Assembly (NCBI GenBank): GCA_009602725.1
Contig: WELB01000025.1
Location: 453,276-517,275, forward strand
Length of the DNA stretch: 64,000 bases
Reading direction: 5' to 3'
Source of the DNA: Spirogloea muscicola
Taxonomy: Eukaryota
Both the position numbers and the translations under genes were made by a program. Positions 1 to 12,401 of this stretch are shown piece after piece. The notes under the pieces are model-generated. The model was not told the origin of the DNA and did not search any database. It worked only from the letters and a program-made list of their open reading frames with translations. Position 1 is the first letter of the stretch; the number at the start of each line of letters is the position of its first letter.

Positions 1-554
1 TATCTGGCTGCAAGACTTCTTTTAACAATCTGTGCTCTTATCTCAGTAGTACTGTACATTGTCGCTGTGAAAGCCCTAGTCCTACTTCTTTTTGACTTCA
101 GACCATGGTCAGAGCTATATGAAAAACAACAGAACAGAATCTCTCAAGCTAGCAGCACATTTTTTCTCCAAGCTGGTGCATCTTGCCAGTCCTTTCAAAC
201 AGCATCTCCTTGTGTCTTGGCTAACTGCGCCAAGATTGTGCAACGTCCTGCTTCAAGACGTACGTGTGCTGATCGAAATCATCAGGGTGTTTCAGTGCCG
301 GACCTGATTGAGTGCTTGAATACTTAAGCCCAGTGTACAGGTAGTTCAGAATGTATGTTGGCGTGATCGCAAGGTGAGGACTGGATGAGGGGCAGGATGT
401 GCGACTGTCTCAATTCTCGGACTCTGCATGCTCACAGAAGACGAATGTGGGTCAAGACAGTCGCACATCGTGTCCCTCATCAGTTCTCACCTTGCGATCA
501 TCAGAGGATGTCCTCACACCTCTCTTGTGTGCTCCTTGTGTGCAGCGCTCAGTG

Positions 555-702
555 TGTCAATTTGCAATAGTATTGGTGACACGAAGACATCCAGCTCTTG
601 TTTCATGGATCACGTATTTCATGCCAGTGCAGAGCGCTGATATGTGACATAGTAAATAATAGCTGGATGTATTCGTGTCACCAATACTACCGCATATTGA
701 CA
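555..702. repeat. Imperfect long inverted repeat (MITE-like or pre-miRNA-like hairpin)
   Basis: 555-596 (tgtcaatttgcaatagtattggtgacacgaagacatccagct) is the reverse complement of 661-702 with about 4 mismatches. The spacer also self-pairs (tcacgtat/atatgtga). Confidence 0.75.
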
Positions 703-2256
703 GAATAGTTCCCTAGCCCATATCGGAGATCCACCATATACTTACGTCAAACAGAGTGCGCAAACCACAGGTTTGTCAGATTTATCTGTCACTAGCAAGA
801 GGATGACACACGAGTTTAGCTAAGCAACTACCCTGTCCAAATCTATGTCTTCTGCTTGTGCACATGACAATTGAAAGAAGCAAATTAAAGAGACTTATTG
901 CAACTCGAGGAGACAATTCTTGAGGATATGGTACAATCTCTTAAGTCAATACAGCTATCTGTGTAAATGAGAAGGTAAGGAAGTTTATGTGGGTAAGTGG
1001 CTTGCTACGATGTAGAAGTTGCCACCATTATACCTCTTCACCTCAGCTTTCACATCGTGGCAAGCCACATAATCTCCTTACCTTCTCATTTACAAGAGGT
1101 GTAATGGTTAGGGGGTAGAGAGAAGAAGAAGAGATTGTATTGTAGGCACGTAAAAGAACCTGACTCTCTTTAAGGGGGCGGGAATCAGGATAGTTTGGAG
1201 GGGAAGAAAAGTGCTGACACAAATTGGCAAGCATGATATGTGACATCTTCTTGGATCCTCTACTTTACAGCGCAAGTAATGGAAAAATGCACACAACCAA
1301 ATTTACATATTTGTGAGATACAGTTTTTGTGATGGCGACAATTTCAGGTTTTCCAAGCTATATTTCCCAGCGACATTGTCCAATTCTGTTGACTTTTTCC
1401 CTTCACTTTGCTGTATTTTGAAAGTGATATTTTTGTTTAAATGGCAGGAGATAGTAGGTGGGAGTTAAGAGGGGTTTACTCTATTGTTGAACGGAAAGAT
1501 AGTTTGATTATGTGTTACGCTGCTGTGTTGACTACATTATACATGATTTCCAATTTCCTTTTTAGCTACTCAGAGAGAAATTTCAGTTGAAATTACTGTT
1601 TATATAGGAGTGACAAATTGTTTTGACACTGTGACAAATCTCTTGAGAACTCACATGTGCTTTTCACTGTTACAATCAATATTTTCCAACCTTCTTTTTC
1701 TTAGGGAAATTTGCTGTAAAGATTAGCTGAGTGACAACAACATTGATTGTCTAACCTGATGTTACGATTTTCTAATGATTCAATGGCACACAGTATGGGT
1801 CAAGTATTTTTGACTAGGTGTGCACTTGTAGCGGATTGTTTGGTATGGTGGAGTTTCACAAATTGTTTGTGTTCTGGCGTGATTTATGGTTTCACAATAC
1901 GATGATGGACTGACGTGTAAACATTGTGCAAATATAATTTTTCGCTCAATGAAACAAATATGTACATATATACATGACTACGTGACTACACAATTTCATC
2001 ATGGAGAAATTCCTGCTTGATAATCCACTGTTTTAGACACAGAAAAGTTCACAATTTGTATGTAATTGACGCAACACTAATCAGATGAAAAGAATCGTAC
2101 AGATTGGTCATTTCCTGCCATATATACCCAATGTTTGGACGAGATGTTGTAAAATTGAAACATGTGATGGCTCATCACAGGTCAATGTACACTTAAGGAC
2201 CCTTCTCTTGACTACCTTCTGACAGCACCAAAGGCTAGTGCATGGTGTGTGCCAGC

Positions 2257-3283
2257 TTAAGAGATGAGAGCAGAGCCCTTGACAAATTCAGTGATGGCAA
2301 GGGCCACCAACCCCACCATAGCAGCACGGCCATTAATGATTTCAGCTGACGCATTCCAAAACCCCTCGGGCTTGCTTGAAGGGAAGACGCCGCGGAAGAT
2401 GGGGATGAGAGAAGCAGCAGAGAATAGAGCACTGGTTGCGATGAAGGCAGCAAAGCCAGCATTGTCTGCATGACACGTATATATACAATATCAGGAGTTT
2501 GTAAGACAAGCTGAGTGGACGGGAGGCCACTCATATTCTATTCAAGATCTATTCAAGTCTAGAAAAAAGGTTCAATGCTGGATTCACATAAACAAATCAG
2601 AGGTTGACTGATCTACAGAAGCCTCGTACCTCCCCACTGACGAGTGAGGCTGTGGCCGCTCAGAAGCTCAACAACGATGGCAGTGGTGAAGCCGAGCATG
2701 GCAAGACGTCCGTTGATGAGCTCTGGACCAGGGCCAGCAAAGGCGAACACGTCGACAAAGCCTGGAGAAGGCTGCACGAGGGCAGAACAAAGGGAGAGAT
2801 AAAAAAGCATTCAAATAGCAAATATCATTGTTAAGGTGAAACGTGATGGTACAAAAGTCTGTCCAGCGTGAACGGAGACAAACCTTGGGGTTCCTGATGG
2901 CCTGGGCGAGGGATGGGGCAAGCGGCACGTCAGTTGCCAGGGGGCTGCCGAGCTGGGACACTCCGGTGGCAGGCTCCTCTTGCGTGACAGTGGTCTTCTC
3001 AGGTGCCTGCAGAATACGACGACACTCAGGTAAGCACCATGTCAAAGCTGGACGAGCATGGCACTCTTTGCTCGAAGTGTGTCATTGTGCTGCTGAAGAG
3101 GTTGCCAAGCGCGCAGACCGGCCTCACCTCAGTGCTGCAGCGGAGAGCCAGACTGCGGCGGACAGGTGGCAGGCCGGTGGAGGTGCGCAGGGAGGTGGGC
3201 AGGGTAGTCTTCCGCAGGGAAGGCCGGGGAGCCTGGAGGAGCGATCCAGCAGCCGCGGCGCGCTGGGCGAGGAGGGCGGCCAT
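2257..3283 (-). CDS. ELIP: Early light-induced protein (ELIP; three-helix LHC-like), plastid-targeted, 4 exons
   Basis: Exons 3283-3128, 3006-2884, 2771-2630 and 2465-2257 are joined by GT-AG introns. They give a transit peptide plus two LHC motifs: GPELINGRLAMLGF and AEIINGRAAMVGLVALAITEFVKG. Confidence 0.92.
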
Positions 3284-3439
3284 GGTGGACGGAGGAGGAG
3301 GAGGGCGGAGCTGCGATCGAGCAGAGGCGGGGAGGCGAGGGAGAAGGAGACAGGCTGGAGGCGAGGAGAAGCAGCGGAGAGCTGAAGGTGGAGTGTGTGG
3401 GGGGGAAGGGCCGAGCTATGAGGTAATGAGGGGGGGGGG

Positions 3440-3600
3440 GAGGTGGACTGCAGGCGGGCGGAGCACCGACGTGGGCCGCCTTTGGGCCAACCCCGGCGTG
3501 GCCGCGCTGCCGGGGCGCCACGCCGCGCGCCCCCGGCCTCATTGGCTCCTGCGCTCTGGGAGACCGGCCGCCGACGTGGCGCGCCGCGCGGCGCCTGCCC
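3440..3600 (-). promoter_or_regulatory. ELIP promoter island with G-box/ABRE-like and CCAAT elements
   Basis: ACGTGG at 3469-3474, ACGTGGC at 3574-3580 and CCAAT (minus strand) at 3541-3545, all in a GC-rich island upstream of the ELIP ATG. Confidence 0.5.
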
Positions 3601-4133
3601 TCCTCCGCCAAGTGGGCCGCTTCTCCCCCGTTGCTTCCATGGAGCAAACCGATAAGTGCTCGCCCATAGAGAAGAGGGGCTGGCAAAGCCAGGCCAAGAA
3701 AAGTACACGAGTTGTGAGCTCTTCAACAGGAATAGCCCTTCCATCTCACCGCAAAGGCCGTCAGAGGCCAGCCCAAAGGAAGGTTCCGAAGGAAGTGAGC
3801 TCTTCTGCCGTGCGAGCAGCCTCTGGCTTTCCATCCCTTTGGGCTGGCCTCTAACAGCCACCAGTCAATCTGGCCACGCTTTCTTTCGTCAGGGGGAGTG
3901 CTTTCGCCCTTCCGAATTTAGTACCTTGCTTTCTCCGCCATCCGGCTCCTTCAGACCTCGTCCATTCCTTTGGGCTGGCCTCTCACAGCCACCAGTCAAT
4001 TTGGCCGCACTTTCGCCTGCTAGTCTTTCTAGTTTGCGGGCTCCTCGCTAGATGCTACTGGCTGATTATCCTACCGGGAGAGCTTTACGACAGCTTTTCC
4101 AGCCCCTAGCCTCAATGGGCGAGCCCTTTCTTC

Positions 4134-4545
4134 TTCAGCGGCTTGCTCGCCAGGCCATTGACCGGCGGCCGGGTCTGCCAGGGGCGATGCCCGGCTTCAA
4201 CGCCGCCGGGTCGCTCGCACAAGTCTTCCGCATGCGCCTGGCCGTATCGCTTCAACGCTCCCTTGCCCACGCCGTCCATACGCGCGCAGGCCGTGCTTAG
4301 CGGCCATAGCACGGCCTGCGCTCTGGGTCTCGGCGGAGCGCCTCTTTCCCTGCAGCGAGCTACTCAGACCTGATGTTGCTCACTCGTGGGTACTGAGGTT
4401 TCCTCTGCATCGTTTCTGTGTTCTGCAGTATGTTGTAGTGTAGTCCTTTCTCCGGCTCCTCTGGCTTTGGCTTTGGACATTGTCCATTCTTTTTTGGGCT
4501 GGCTTGGCCAGCCCCTCTTTCCTATGGGCGCGCTTTTCTCTTTCT
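4134..4545 (+). mobile_element. 5'-truncated RLE-type (CRE-like) non-LTR retrotransposon, family A copy
   Basis: Encodes LQRLARQAIDRR...FRMRLAVSLQRSLAHAVHTRA, then a 3' UTR with a gggctggc-ttg-gccagccc hairpin and a pyrimidine/TTC tail. Near-identical to 4835-5230 and to the reverse complement of 26538-26883. Confidence 0.8.
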
Positions 4546-4649
4546 TCTTTGGGACAGCGCTGTTTCTTTGGGACTGCGCTTTTGGGCCCCTTCGGACCTT
4601 CTGTATTCGTTCCGGCGTCTTAGCACTTAGCCCCCCCCAGATCGGCGTC

Positions 4650-5230
4650 GTTTGCAGGGCACGCGGTCGGCCAGGCGGCCCGGGGCAAGGAGCGAAAATA
4701 TGCTGATCAGAGAATAACTCGCCCGTGATCACCCGCTTGGGTCATCCCCGGGATGAATTCGCGGGGTTGGGGATGAATTCGCGGCCCTGGCGATGGATGT
4801 ACACGGGGCTTTCGGCAGCCGCTGGCTGGATCTCCTTCAGCGGCTTGCCCGCCAGGCCATTGACCGACGGCCGGGTCTGCCAGGGGCGATGCCCGGGCTC
4901 AACGCCGCCGCTTCGCTCGCACAAGTCTTCCGCATGCGCCTGGCCGTATCGCTTCAACGCTCCCTTGCCCACGCCGTCCACACGCGAGCAGGCCGTGCTA
5001 TGGCCGCCGCCTCTGGGTCTCGGCGGAGTGCCTCTTTCCCTGCAGCGAGCTACTCAGACCTGATGTTGCTCACTCGTGGTTACTGAGATTCCCTCTGCAT
5101 CGTCTCTGTGTTCTGCAGTGTTTTGTAGTGTAGTCCTTCTTCCGGCTCCTCTTTCTTTGGCTTTGGACATTGTCCATTCTTTCTTGGGCTGGCTTTGCCA
5201 GCCCCTCTTCTCTATGGGCGGCTTTTTCTT
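4650..5230 (+). mobile_element. 5'-truncated RLE-type non-LTR retrotransposon, family A copy (longest here)
   Basis: KERKYAD (KxxxY RLE motif)...DEFAALAMDVHGAFGSRWLDLLQRLA...RLAVSLQRSLA...SDLMLLTRGY*, followed by the same 3' UTR and tail. Confidence 0.8.
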
Positions 5231-5983
5231 CTTAGCACCTTGCTTTCTGCACCATCCGGCTCCTTCAGACCTTTTCCATACCTTTGGGCTGGCCTCTCAC
5301 AGCCACCAGTCAATCTGGCCGCGCCTTCGTTCCGGCCTGGCTGTTCACAGCCTTTGCCCTTTGCAATTTCTGCCTGAACAATGTATTGGCTTGAATTCGC
5401 CTCCCTTTCATTCTATGCGAAGGCGCGCGCCCTCTTATTTTTGGAAAAGCCACTTTTATTAAAAGGGGGCGAGGGCTGTGAAAAGCCATGCCAGGCAGGG
5501 ACGGACAAGGTCCAGAAAGAAATTAGTCGTCAGAGGAGCGGGAAATGCTCTACATCACACGGCCACAAGGTGGCAGTAATGGGAAACGCTGTTTCCTGTT
5601 GAATCAGCAGCTCGTCAAAGGAGGGCTGTGAAAGGACGAAATAGCTCTACCAACAAAAGGCGAAGTCTGTGTCTCAATATCCCCTAGCGAGCAGCCGCAG
5701 GTCAGGGAAACTAGTCTCCGTGAAAGTGGCTCTTTCAGCTCTTCAAATGGCTGTGAGAGGCCAACCCAAAGACACAGGCTCTTCCAAAGGGGGCGAGGGG
5801 ACAATGATCTTTCTATTTGCTGGCAGCCCACAGCCCTCACCCAGAATGAAGACGGACAAGGCTCAAAGGCCCGGAAGGCGCTAAAAGCACACGGCTATGC
5901 AAGTACCTACAGCGAATGGGAGCTCAGTAACCCCAAGTCAGCAGCCGCATGCTGGAGAGACTTGCAGCTGGAGACTATGGAAA

Positions 5984-6093
5984 GCCAGCCCAGAAGAAAG
6001 ACTTTCCAGTAAAGGGCGATGACTGTGACTGGCCAGCCCAGAAGAAAGACTTCCAGTAAAGGGCGACGACAGTGACTGGCCAGCCCAGAAGAA
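5984..6093 (-). repeat. Tandem ~47-bp repeat of the retroelement 3'-terminal motif (~2.3 copies)
   Basis: gccagcccagaagaaagactt(t)ccagtaaagggcga(t/c)gac(t/a)gtgactg repeated directly. Confidence 0.8.
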
Positions 6094-7699
6094 GAACGAA
6101 CAGTTTTCAAGGGGCCAGAAAAGCGGTACACAATAAGAAAGCAAGGACAAGGTCCAAAGGGCCGAAAGGCGGGAAAACCACACAGCTATGCAAGAGACTA
6201 TGGCGAATGAAGGCTTATCTACCCGGGTCGGCAGCCGCAAGTCGGAGTAAGTTGCAGCTGGGAAAGAGTCACCCCAAAACACTCGAGAAACTCTCACATT
6301 CTCAGCTAGCTCTTCACACCCATCGCCCGCACTGCTTTAGGTATTCTTGAAAAGGCTGCTCTCCTGCCCGCTTTACAAGCAGGAGACCGCCACCAAGTCG
6401 ACAAGCGTCGAGCAGCCCGCCATTGAGCAGGAATCGGCCGGTTTTTCTCCCCCGCTCCACTCCGTCCACCCTTTGGAGCTGACTTGAGGACAGTTTGAGA
6501 TTCGAGTAGACGGGCGCTCTTCCTCTGACATGAAGTAAGCTCATCCAAAGAGGGGCGAGGGCTCTGACAGAGATTTGCCTACTATTGCTGTTCGCCACCA
6601 TTCTTTTGGGCTGAACTCTCTCCAACAATCGTAGAGGAGCCCTTCTCTTGTTGTCGTATCTCACCGTACAAGACCACTCAATGACAGCCATCGCCCTCCA
6701 CTGAAAAGTTTTTCTCTCTATGCGGATGTACCGCCTTCAAACCCATCCCTTTCAAGTACCAGCGACCACCTTGGCCAGCTATATATTCCCAAATGGCATT
6801 GGAACGTCCTCGGGCGCAGCGCTTTGAGGCCAGGTATTTTCTGCTCTGGCTTGCAAAGCAAACCAGCGGTAAGCTCAGTGAGGTACTAAACGAGGCATCT
6901 GTACCCTGGATGCCAAGGTCTTATTGGCGATTGTTACCGTCCATTCATGCCATTATACAGGCATCCGAATGTGTTATTAAGTGCTGATTGTTTCTTTAGC
7001 TAGCTCTTGATTGCACACCAGGATCTTCCTCCACCTCATTGCTCGCCATGATTTGGTGATGTACTTTTGAAAAATTCAAACTCATACATCAGCGTTATGG
7101 GCGCGCGCCAGGCCAACGGCTTGCGTGGTGGTGCTCTGGCTCCTTCGCTTAGCTTTTCGGGGTTATATATGCTCACTCGTGGGTGCTAGAGAACCCCTTA
7201 ACCATTTGCCTACCTTTGTACTTGGCCACTCAGGCCCACTCAGGCCCTCCATCACTCGAATACATATTCCATTCGTGGCTATAGCCAGAAGCTGCAGCCA
7301 GAGCTCGACCGGCATGCAAATGCAGCGCGCGTGCCATTGACGTTGCAGTGGTACTGACAGGCGCATGCAATAAACCTGGGCGACGGAGCCTGCAGCGTTG
7401 AGCTGGCTTTTCGCCTTTGATTGAGCGCTTTTCTCTTTCACTTTTCTCTTTTCTCTGGGACAGCGCTTTTGGCCTTCGGACTTTGTCAATTCCTTTCGGG
7501 CTGGCTATTCACAGCCCTTATTTGGGAGAGCCTCTTCTTTTCACCTTTGGGAGATGTGTAGTGGCACCCCCAATGGGGGCAAGGGCTGTGATATGCCAGC
7601 CCGAAAAAGAATTGACAAAGGTTCGAAGGGGCCAAATGATGGAGGGGCCTAAAAAGCGCTAAGCAGCTACTAAGGGGCCTTACTATGTCAGAACGGGGG

Positions 7700-8010
7700 A
7701 GGATAGACAACTCAGTAATTACGAGTGAGGAGCCTCATGTTCGACAGACTAGCTGCCGGGAAACTATCCCCCTGACGAAAGCCGGAGGCCGCAGCGAGAG
7801 CACGGTCAGCACGCAGATGCAAGGCGTGGGCCATGGACCGCTGAAGGGAGACGGAGAATCGCATACGGTATACCTTAGCCCACGAGCCAGCGGCGTTGAA
7901 GTCAGCCGGCTCACCGCGCCTGCGGAACACAGCGCGCCTCGCAAGCCTGGCCAGCAGGTCGAGCCACAGGGATCCGAGAGCCCCGTGCATGTCCACAGCC
8001 AGGGGGACGA
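7700..8010 (-). mobile_element. Diverged RLE non-LTR retrotransposon C-terminal fragment
   Basis: ORF 7712-7996 reads MDMHGALGSLWLDLLARLARRAV...YRMRFSVSLQRSMAHALHLRA...SNMRLLTRNY*, collinear with family A. Confidence 0.75.
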
Positions 8011-8738
8011 ACTAATCTGCAGCCGGGTGGGTTGGGGAGAGCCCTTTTTCTCTTTTCTCTTTTCACTTTTTCTCTCGTCTTTCCTTACCAATCGAGAGAA
8101 GGGCTCGCCCATTGAGGATAAGGGCTGGAAAAAGCCAGCCCAGAAAAGAATGAACAAAGGACGAGAAGGGGCCAGGGGAAGTACGAAGAACAACACGCAC
8201 CGAAAAGAAACGAAGCAGCTACGAAGCACCAATCCGGCTCCTTCAGACCTCCGGCTTCCGTCAGGGCGACGTCTTTCCGCCTGCTAGCTACTCAGATTTG
8301 CATCTACTGACGAGAGGTTACTGAGAGTTCGCTTACTGCTGTCTCAGTCCTTAGCACTCCGACTCCTTCAGACCTTGTCCATTCTTTTGGGCTGGCCTCT
8401 CCCAGCAACCAGTTAATTTGGCCGCGCTTCAGACCTTGTCCATTCCTTTGGGCTGGGCTGTCCCAGCCACCAGTTAATCTGGCCGCGCTTGCCTTCTTTC
8501 TGTTGTCACAGCCCCCGCCCCGCTTACTCACTTGCTCACTTGCCGTTCTTCCAAGGGCGTGAGTGTCCTCACTTTCTTCATCTTTCTGCTTGTCACCATA
8601 TTCATGGACTGGCCCTTCGCAGCTTTCGAATTCAGCGTTCTTCCCGCTGCCTGCCCACCTGCTGCAGTTCGCCCACTAGCCTGCCAAGCTCGCCGCGGCG
8701 TCCCCCATGCTCCCGGCTCGGGCCTCCCGCCGGCCGCC

Positions 8739-11140
8739 ATGCGCCGCGGCCCGAAGCCCTTGCTCGACGCCGTAGCCCGGGCACGCAGATGGCGCGGCAC
8801 CCGCCTGCTGCTGGGCGTCCTGCTGGCGACCTCAGCCGCGCTTGTCGGCGCCACAGCATGGGGGTTCAGCCGAGCTTGGCGAGGAGCCCCGCCGCAGCTT
8901 CTGGCTGCCGTTCCCGCACCGTCCAGTCTCGCCTTCGCGGACGCTGGCAGGCGGGCCTTACTCCAGGCTTCCAGCAGCTCCGAGCCTCCGGCGGCGGGCC
9001 CGGAGGCGCAGCCCGCTGGCCCAGGCGCAGCCGCGGCTGGCCCGAGTGGCGGCCGCTGCGAGGACGTCTTCGAGGTGCCCACCGCCGCGCGCTGCGAGCA
9101 TGCGCGGGGCCGGTGCGCCGGCGGCGCCGGCCTCGTGAATTACGCCTGGCTGCACTTCTGCTTCCTGGCCGGCAGCCCTGCGCTCTCGGTGCCGCTGCTG
9201 GCAGCGCTCGTGGTGCTCGCCTTCTACCTCCTGGCCGAGACGGCGGAGGAGTACTTCTGCCCCGTGGTGGCGCTCCTCGCCGACCTTCTCCGGCTCGGCC
9301 CCAGCACAGCCGGCGTCACGCTCCTCGCCTTCGGCAATGGGGCTCCTGACGTCTTCTCCTCCCTGGCTGCCTTTGCGGCGGGTGACACCAAGGTTGGCTT
9401 TGGTGGGTGCTGCATTGATGACCCGCAGCACCTCCAACGACACTGCAACGGACCCGCAGTGCTGGCAACTAGACCAGCGCTTGTGCGGTTGAGGAACGAT
9501 GCAGGTGTATGTGTCACTGGTCACTTAGAGCCGGCTGCCAGTCAGTCTGGCATACAGCCTGGTCCTTGCTTCAGCAGCTGAAGCCGTACTCATCGACGCT
9601 TGCTGCGTCGCCCCTGTGACTTGCAGGTGCTATACTAAGCGCGGGAGCTTTTGTAACAGCCTTTGTAGTAGGCTGCATCTCTGTGTTGGTCGGCCCATTC
9701 GAGATTTCGAGGCCGGCATTCCTAAGAGACATCCTTTTCTACATCATCGGCGTCGTCCTCCTGGCAGCTCTATACTCTGGCAGAGTGGTCCATCTCTGGC
9801 ACTCTGCAGGAATGCTGCTGTACTATCTACTGTTTGTGGCTTACGTCGTCTACTCTGACTACCGCAATGATGTGACCAAGGCACTGATGCCTCAGGTATA
9901 GCTGCTTGTCTGGTCCTCCTCCTCGTACAATGACTCAGGTGATTTGTGATGTTCTGCTGCCGAGAGGCCATTTATGAGTATGCCGGTTCTTTGCCTTGCT
10001 CATTTATGACAGGTCGTGGAGCTCATCCATCGGGACGGCCTGTCAAGAAGGCATTCCGTGGAGAGTGGAGTTGCATGGAAGCATGTGACGCAGGAAGGTG
10101 GGCCTTCTTTGCCAGGAGATAGCAAGACAGGCTTATCTCCACTGGCAAGGCTGCTGTCTTGGCAGGAGGATGAAGGCAACACCTCCACCATTGACAAAGT
10201 AACAACTTCACACTCGTTGACATGTACGTTGCGTCCATGTGACATGCTTTTCACAGGGACAAGCCTTCGAGCAGAAACTCTGGCCAGATTGCCGCTTTGT
10301 GTTTCATTTGGCATCTCGTGCAGTGAAAGAAGAGCCATCTCAGCGTTGTAGAGTTGCTGTTGCTGACAGGTGCAGATGATGCTCCACCTCCCTTTTGATA
10401 TAATGAGGAGGGTAACAATACCAGCAGTGGAGGAGTCCTGTCACGGCAGCATCTACGCGGCAGCAAATGTTACATTCTGTCCGTTGCTTCTGCTCTACAT
10501 CTGCAACCCTGTCATACCCTTTGATTATCCTTTGGTGGTGTTCGAAAATTCAATGGGCGTGGTTCCATTGTGGAGCCTGGTTCTCCTTCAAAGCTCAGGC
10601 CTTGGCTTGGCGCACTTCTTGTCATCGAAGGTTGGGCGACCATTTGAAGCGGGCCGGAAGTTCAGCATAGTGGCTTCCTTTGGCATGAGCGTCTTGTGGA
10701 TCAACCTCATTGCGAGAGAGCTTCTTCAGCTCCTGTCCACTATTGGGCTAGTTCTTGGCATCTCTCCGGCCATCCTAGGAGTCACCGTTCTCGCTTGGGG
10801 GAACTCTGTAGGAGATCTTGTTGCAGATGTAACAATAGCCAGAGCAGGTCAGCCTACAATGGCGGTGGCAGGTTGCTTTGCAGGTCCCATGTTCAATATG
10901 CTCCTAGGCCTTGGCTTACCTATGACCTTGAGATCTATTGCAGCTTACCCACGTACTTACGAGCTTGACCCGCACCCCAACATACCCATTGCCATTGGCT
11001 TCCTGCTCACCAGCCTTGTAGGATCCCTCGTCGTCGTCGCTTGCTGCGGCTTCCAGATCACCAAGTGGTGGGGCTGGTGCCTCATCACCATATATATTGT
11101 ATTCATGGGTGTCAGCCTAATGGTAGAAGGCACTTTGTGA
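8739..11140 (+). CDS. CCX: Cation/Ca2+ exchanger (CCX family, CaCA superfamily)
   Basis: Exons ~8739-9402, 9627-9895, 10013-10198 and ~10370-11140. Alpha-1 repeat AGVTLLAFGNGAPDVFSS, alpha-2 repeat LGVTVLAWGNSVGDLVAD, AGCFAGPMFN, and many TM helices. Confidence 0.92.
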
Positions 11141-11167
11141 TTACAGGTCACAACTGGTGGTGAAGAG

Positions 11168-11215
11168 TTTGTCTCGCTCGGGCACTGTGGATTTTGTCTC
11201 GCTCGGGCACTGTGG
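11168..11215 (+). repeat. Tandem duplication (~25-bp unit) in the CCX 3' UTR
   Basis: tttgtctcgctcgggcactgtgg occurs twice. Confidence 0.8.
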
Positions 11216-11539
11216 CTTCTGCTCGTATGTTGTTGAAGTCCAAGCAAAAAGTCTCCTGGGTGTGGGGAAGCTGTTCCCTTTTGGGAGGCAAAGGGCCAGG
11301 TGCAACATGGAAGGGTTGCCTTGAAGCAGCTCATTGGTCACCTCGCAAATAGGCATAGTGTGTGCCACGGCACACACCTCGCCAAGCACCAAACCATAAC
11401 CCGCATGCCTGCGCTATTGCTGGGCATCGGAATAAATAGCGTCTGTAACAAATGAATGGGCCAGAGCGGCTGAGTACAAATGCGAGCACATTATTTGAAA
11501 GTAAGCCACCCCGCTGCTAGGCTGACCTCTCTGAGGCCT

Positions 11540-12150
11540 TAACTTTGTGTAGCCCGATTCAAGCATTCCATTGTCTTCTGCATAAATAGTGTACTGGCTC
11601 GGCTTGGTCTACTTTTCACCTCCACGCACCTTCTCTCTATAGCCACGGGTCAGCACGTAGAAGTCGCTCACCGAATCGTGAATGTCGGTCAGCTTCCAAG
11701 TACCACAACAAGGAAGCAACAATTGTCTTGTATGCGTCCCTCGGTCTCGCTCCAGCGCTCCCAACCGATTGAGTCGCTGTGTGCTTTAGCTGTGTGCCAC
11801 CACCCTCTCCTGGAAGCGTCCTTCTCGCTGTGTGCTTTCTCCATCAGCGTTTCTGGCCCTTCCGGAGTTTGGCATTTCTCGTCTGGGCTGGCCAACCACA
11901 GCCATCGCCCTCTACTGGAAGAGTCTCTTCATTTAGTATCAAGAAGAAGACGCTTCCAGGAGAGGGCGGTGGCTGGGAGAGGCCAGCCCAGAGAAAAGAA
12001 TGAACGAAGTTCAACGGGGCCAGGGAAAGCGCTAAGCGATTTCGTATTCCTGCTTTTTGCGCCTTCTGGCCCTTTCAGACCTTGTACACTCCTCTGGGCT
12101 GCCCTCTCACAGCCATTGCCTTACATCGGCAAAGCTGTTTCTGTTTCTTC
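11540..12150. mobile_element. Retroelement-end cluster upstream of the HSP90 promoter
   Basis: RPSVSLQRSQ coding relic (~11730-11765), three GGGCTG...CAGCC terminal motifs in both orientations, and a copy of the ~60-bp repeat family. Confidence 0.65.
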
Positions 12151-12327
12151 TTCGGATTCTATCTCTCGCCCGTCTGGGAGTCTTCTAGAAGGGCGGCCGG
12201 TGGCGTGCGCGCCGTGCCGTGCGATGTGCTGCCCGACGAATGCACCGCGCCGTCCGATGCGGCCGCGTGTGTCGGCCCATCCCGGCTAAGTCACTGCAGT
12301 GCCACGACAATCCCCTGCTGCTCGATC

Positions 12328-12374
12328 GCCGCCGCCGCCGCCGTCGCCGCCGCCGCCGCCACTGCCGCCGCCGC
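12328..12374 (+). repeat. (GCC)n trinucleotide tract in the HSP90 5' UTR, next to an assembly N
   Basis: gccgccgccgccgccgtcgccgccgccgccgccactgccgccgccgc followed by n at 12375. Confidence 0.85.
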
Positions 12375-12401
12375 NGCGCGGCAGCACTCGCGCGCTGCAG
12401 C

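Larger units (their letters stand above)
3655..8490. mobile_element. Cluster of nested, 5'-truncated non-LTR retroelement ends in both orientations
   Basis: Many copies of the GGGCTGGC(C/T)TNNCACAGCC core, plus several RLE C-terminal coding fragments ending ...LLTRGY*. Confidence 0.75.

Noticed and set aside
2843..3861. Long overlapping ORFs (180-283 aa) around the ELIP 5' end, and similar ORFs in other GC islands
   Set aside because: These are Arg/Gly/Pro/Ala-rich products of stop-poor GC-rich DNA, antisense to or overlapping real genes, with no recognisable motifs.
3950..4010. HDV-like or hammerhead ribozyme in the conserved terminal motif
   Set aside because: Only ~8 nt lie between GGGCTG and CAGCC, too few for P2/P3/L3, and there is no CUGANGA/GAAA core on either strand.
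4386..4706. Hydrophobic ORFs (also 5076-5462 and 26351-26692) as membrane proteins
   Set aside because: They are translations of the pyrimidine-rich retroelement 3' UTR and break at element boundaries.
8532..8738. N-terminal extension of CCX from the ORF track
   Set aside because: It starts at a non-ATG codon beside repeat DNA. The ATG at 8739 (gccgccATG), followed by a signal-anchor-like segment, is more plausible, although an in-frame ATG near 8604 cannot be excluded.
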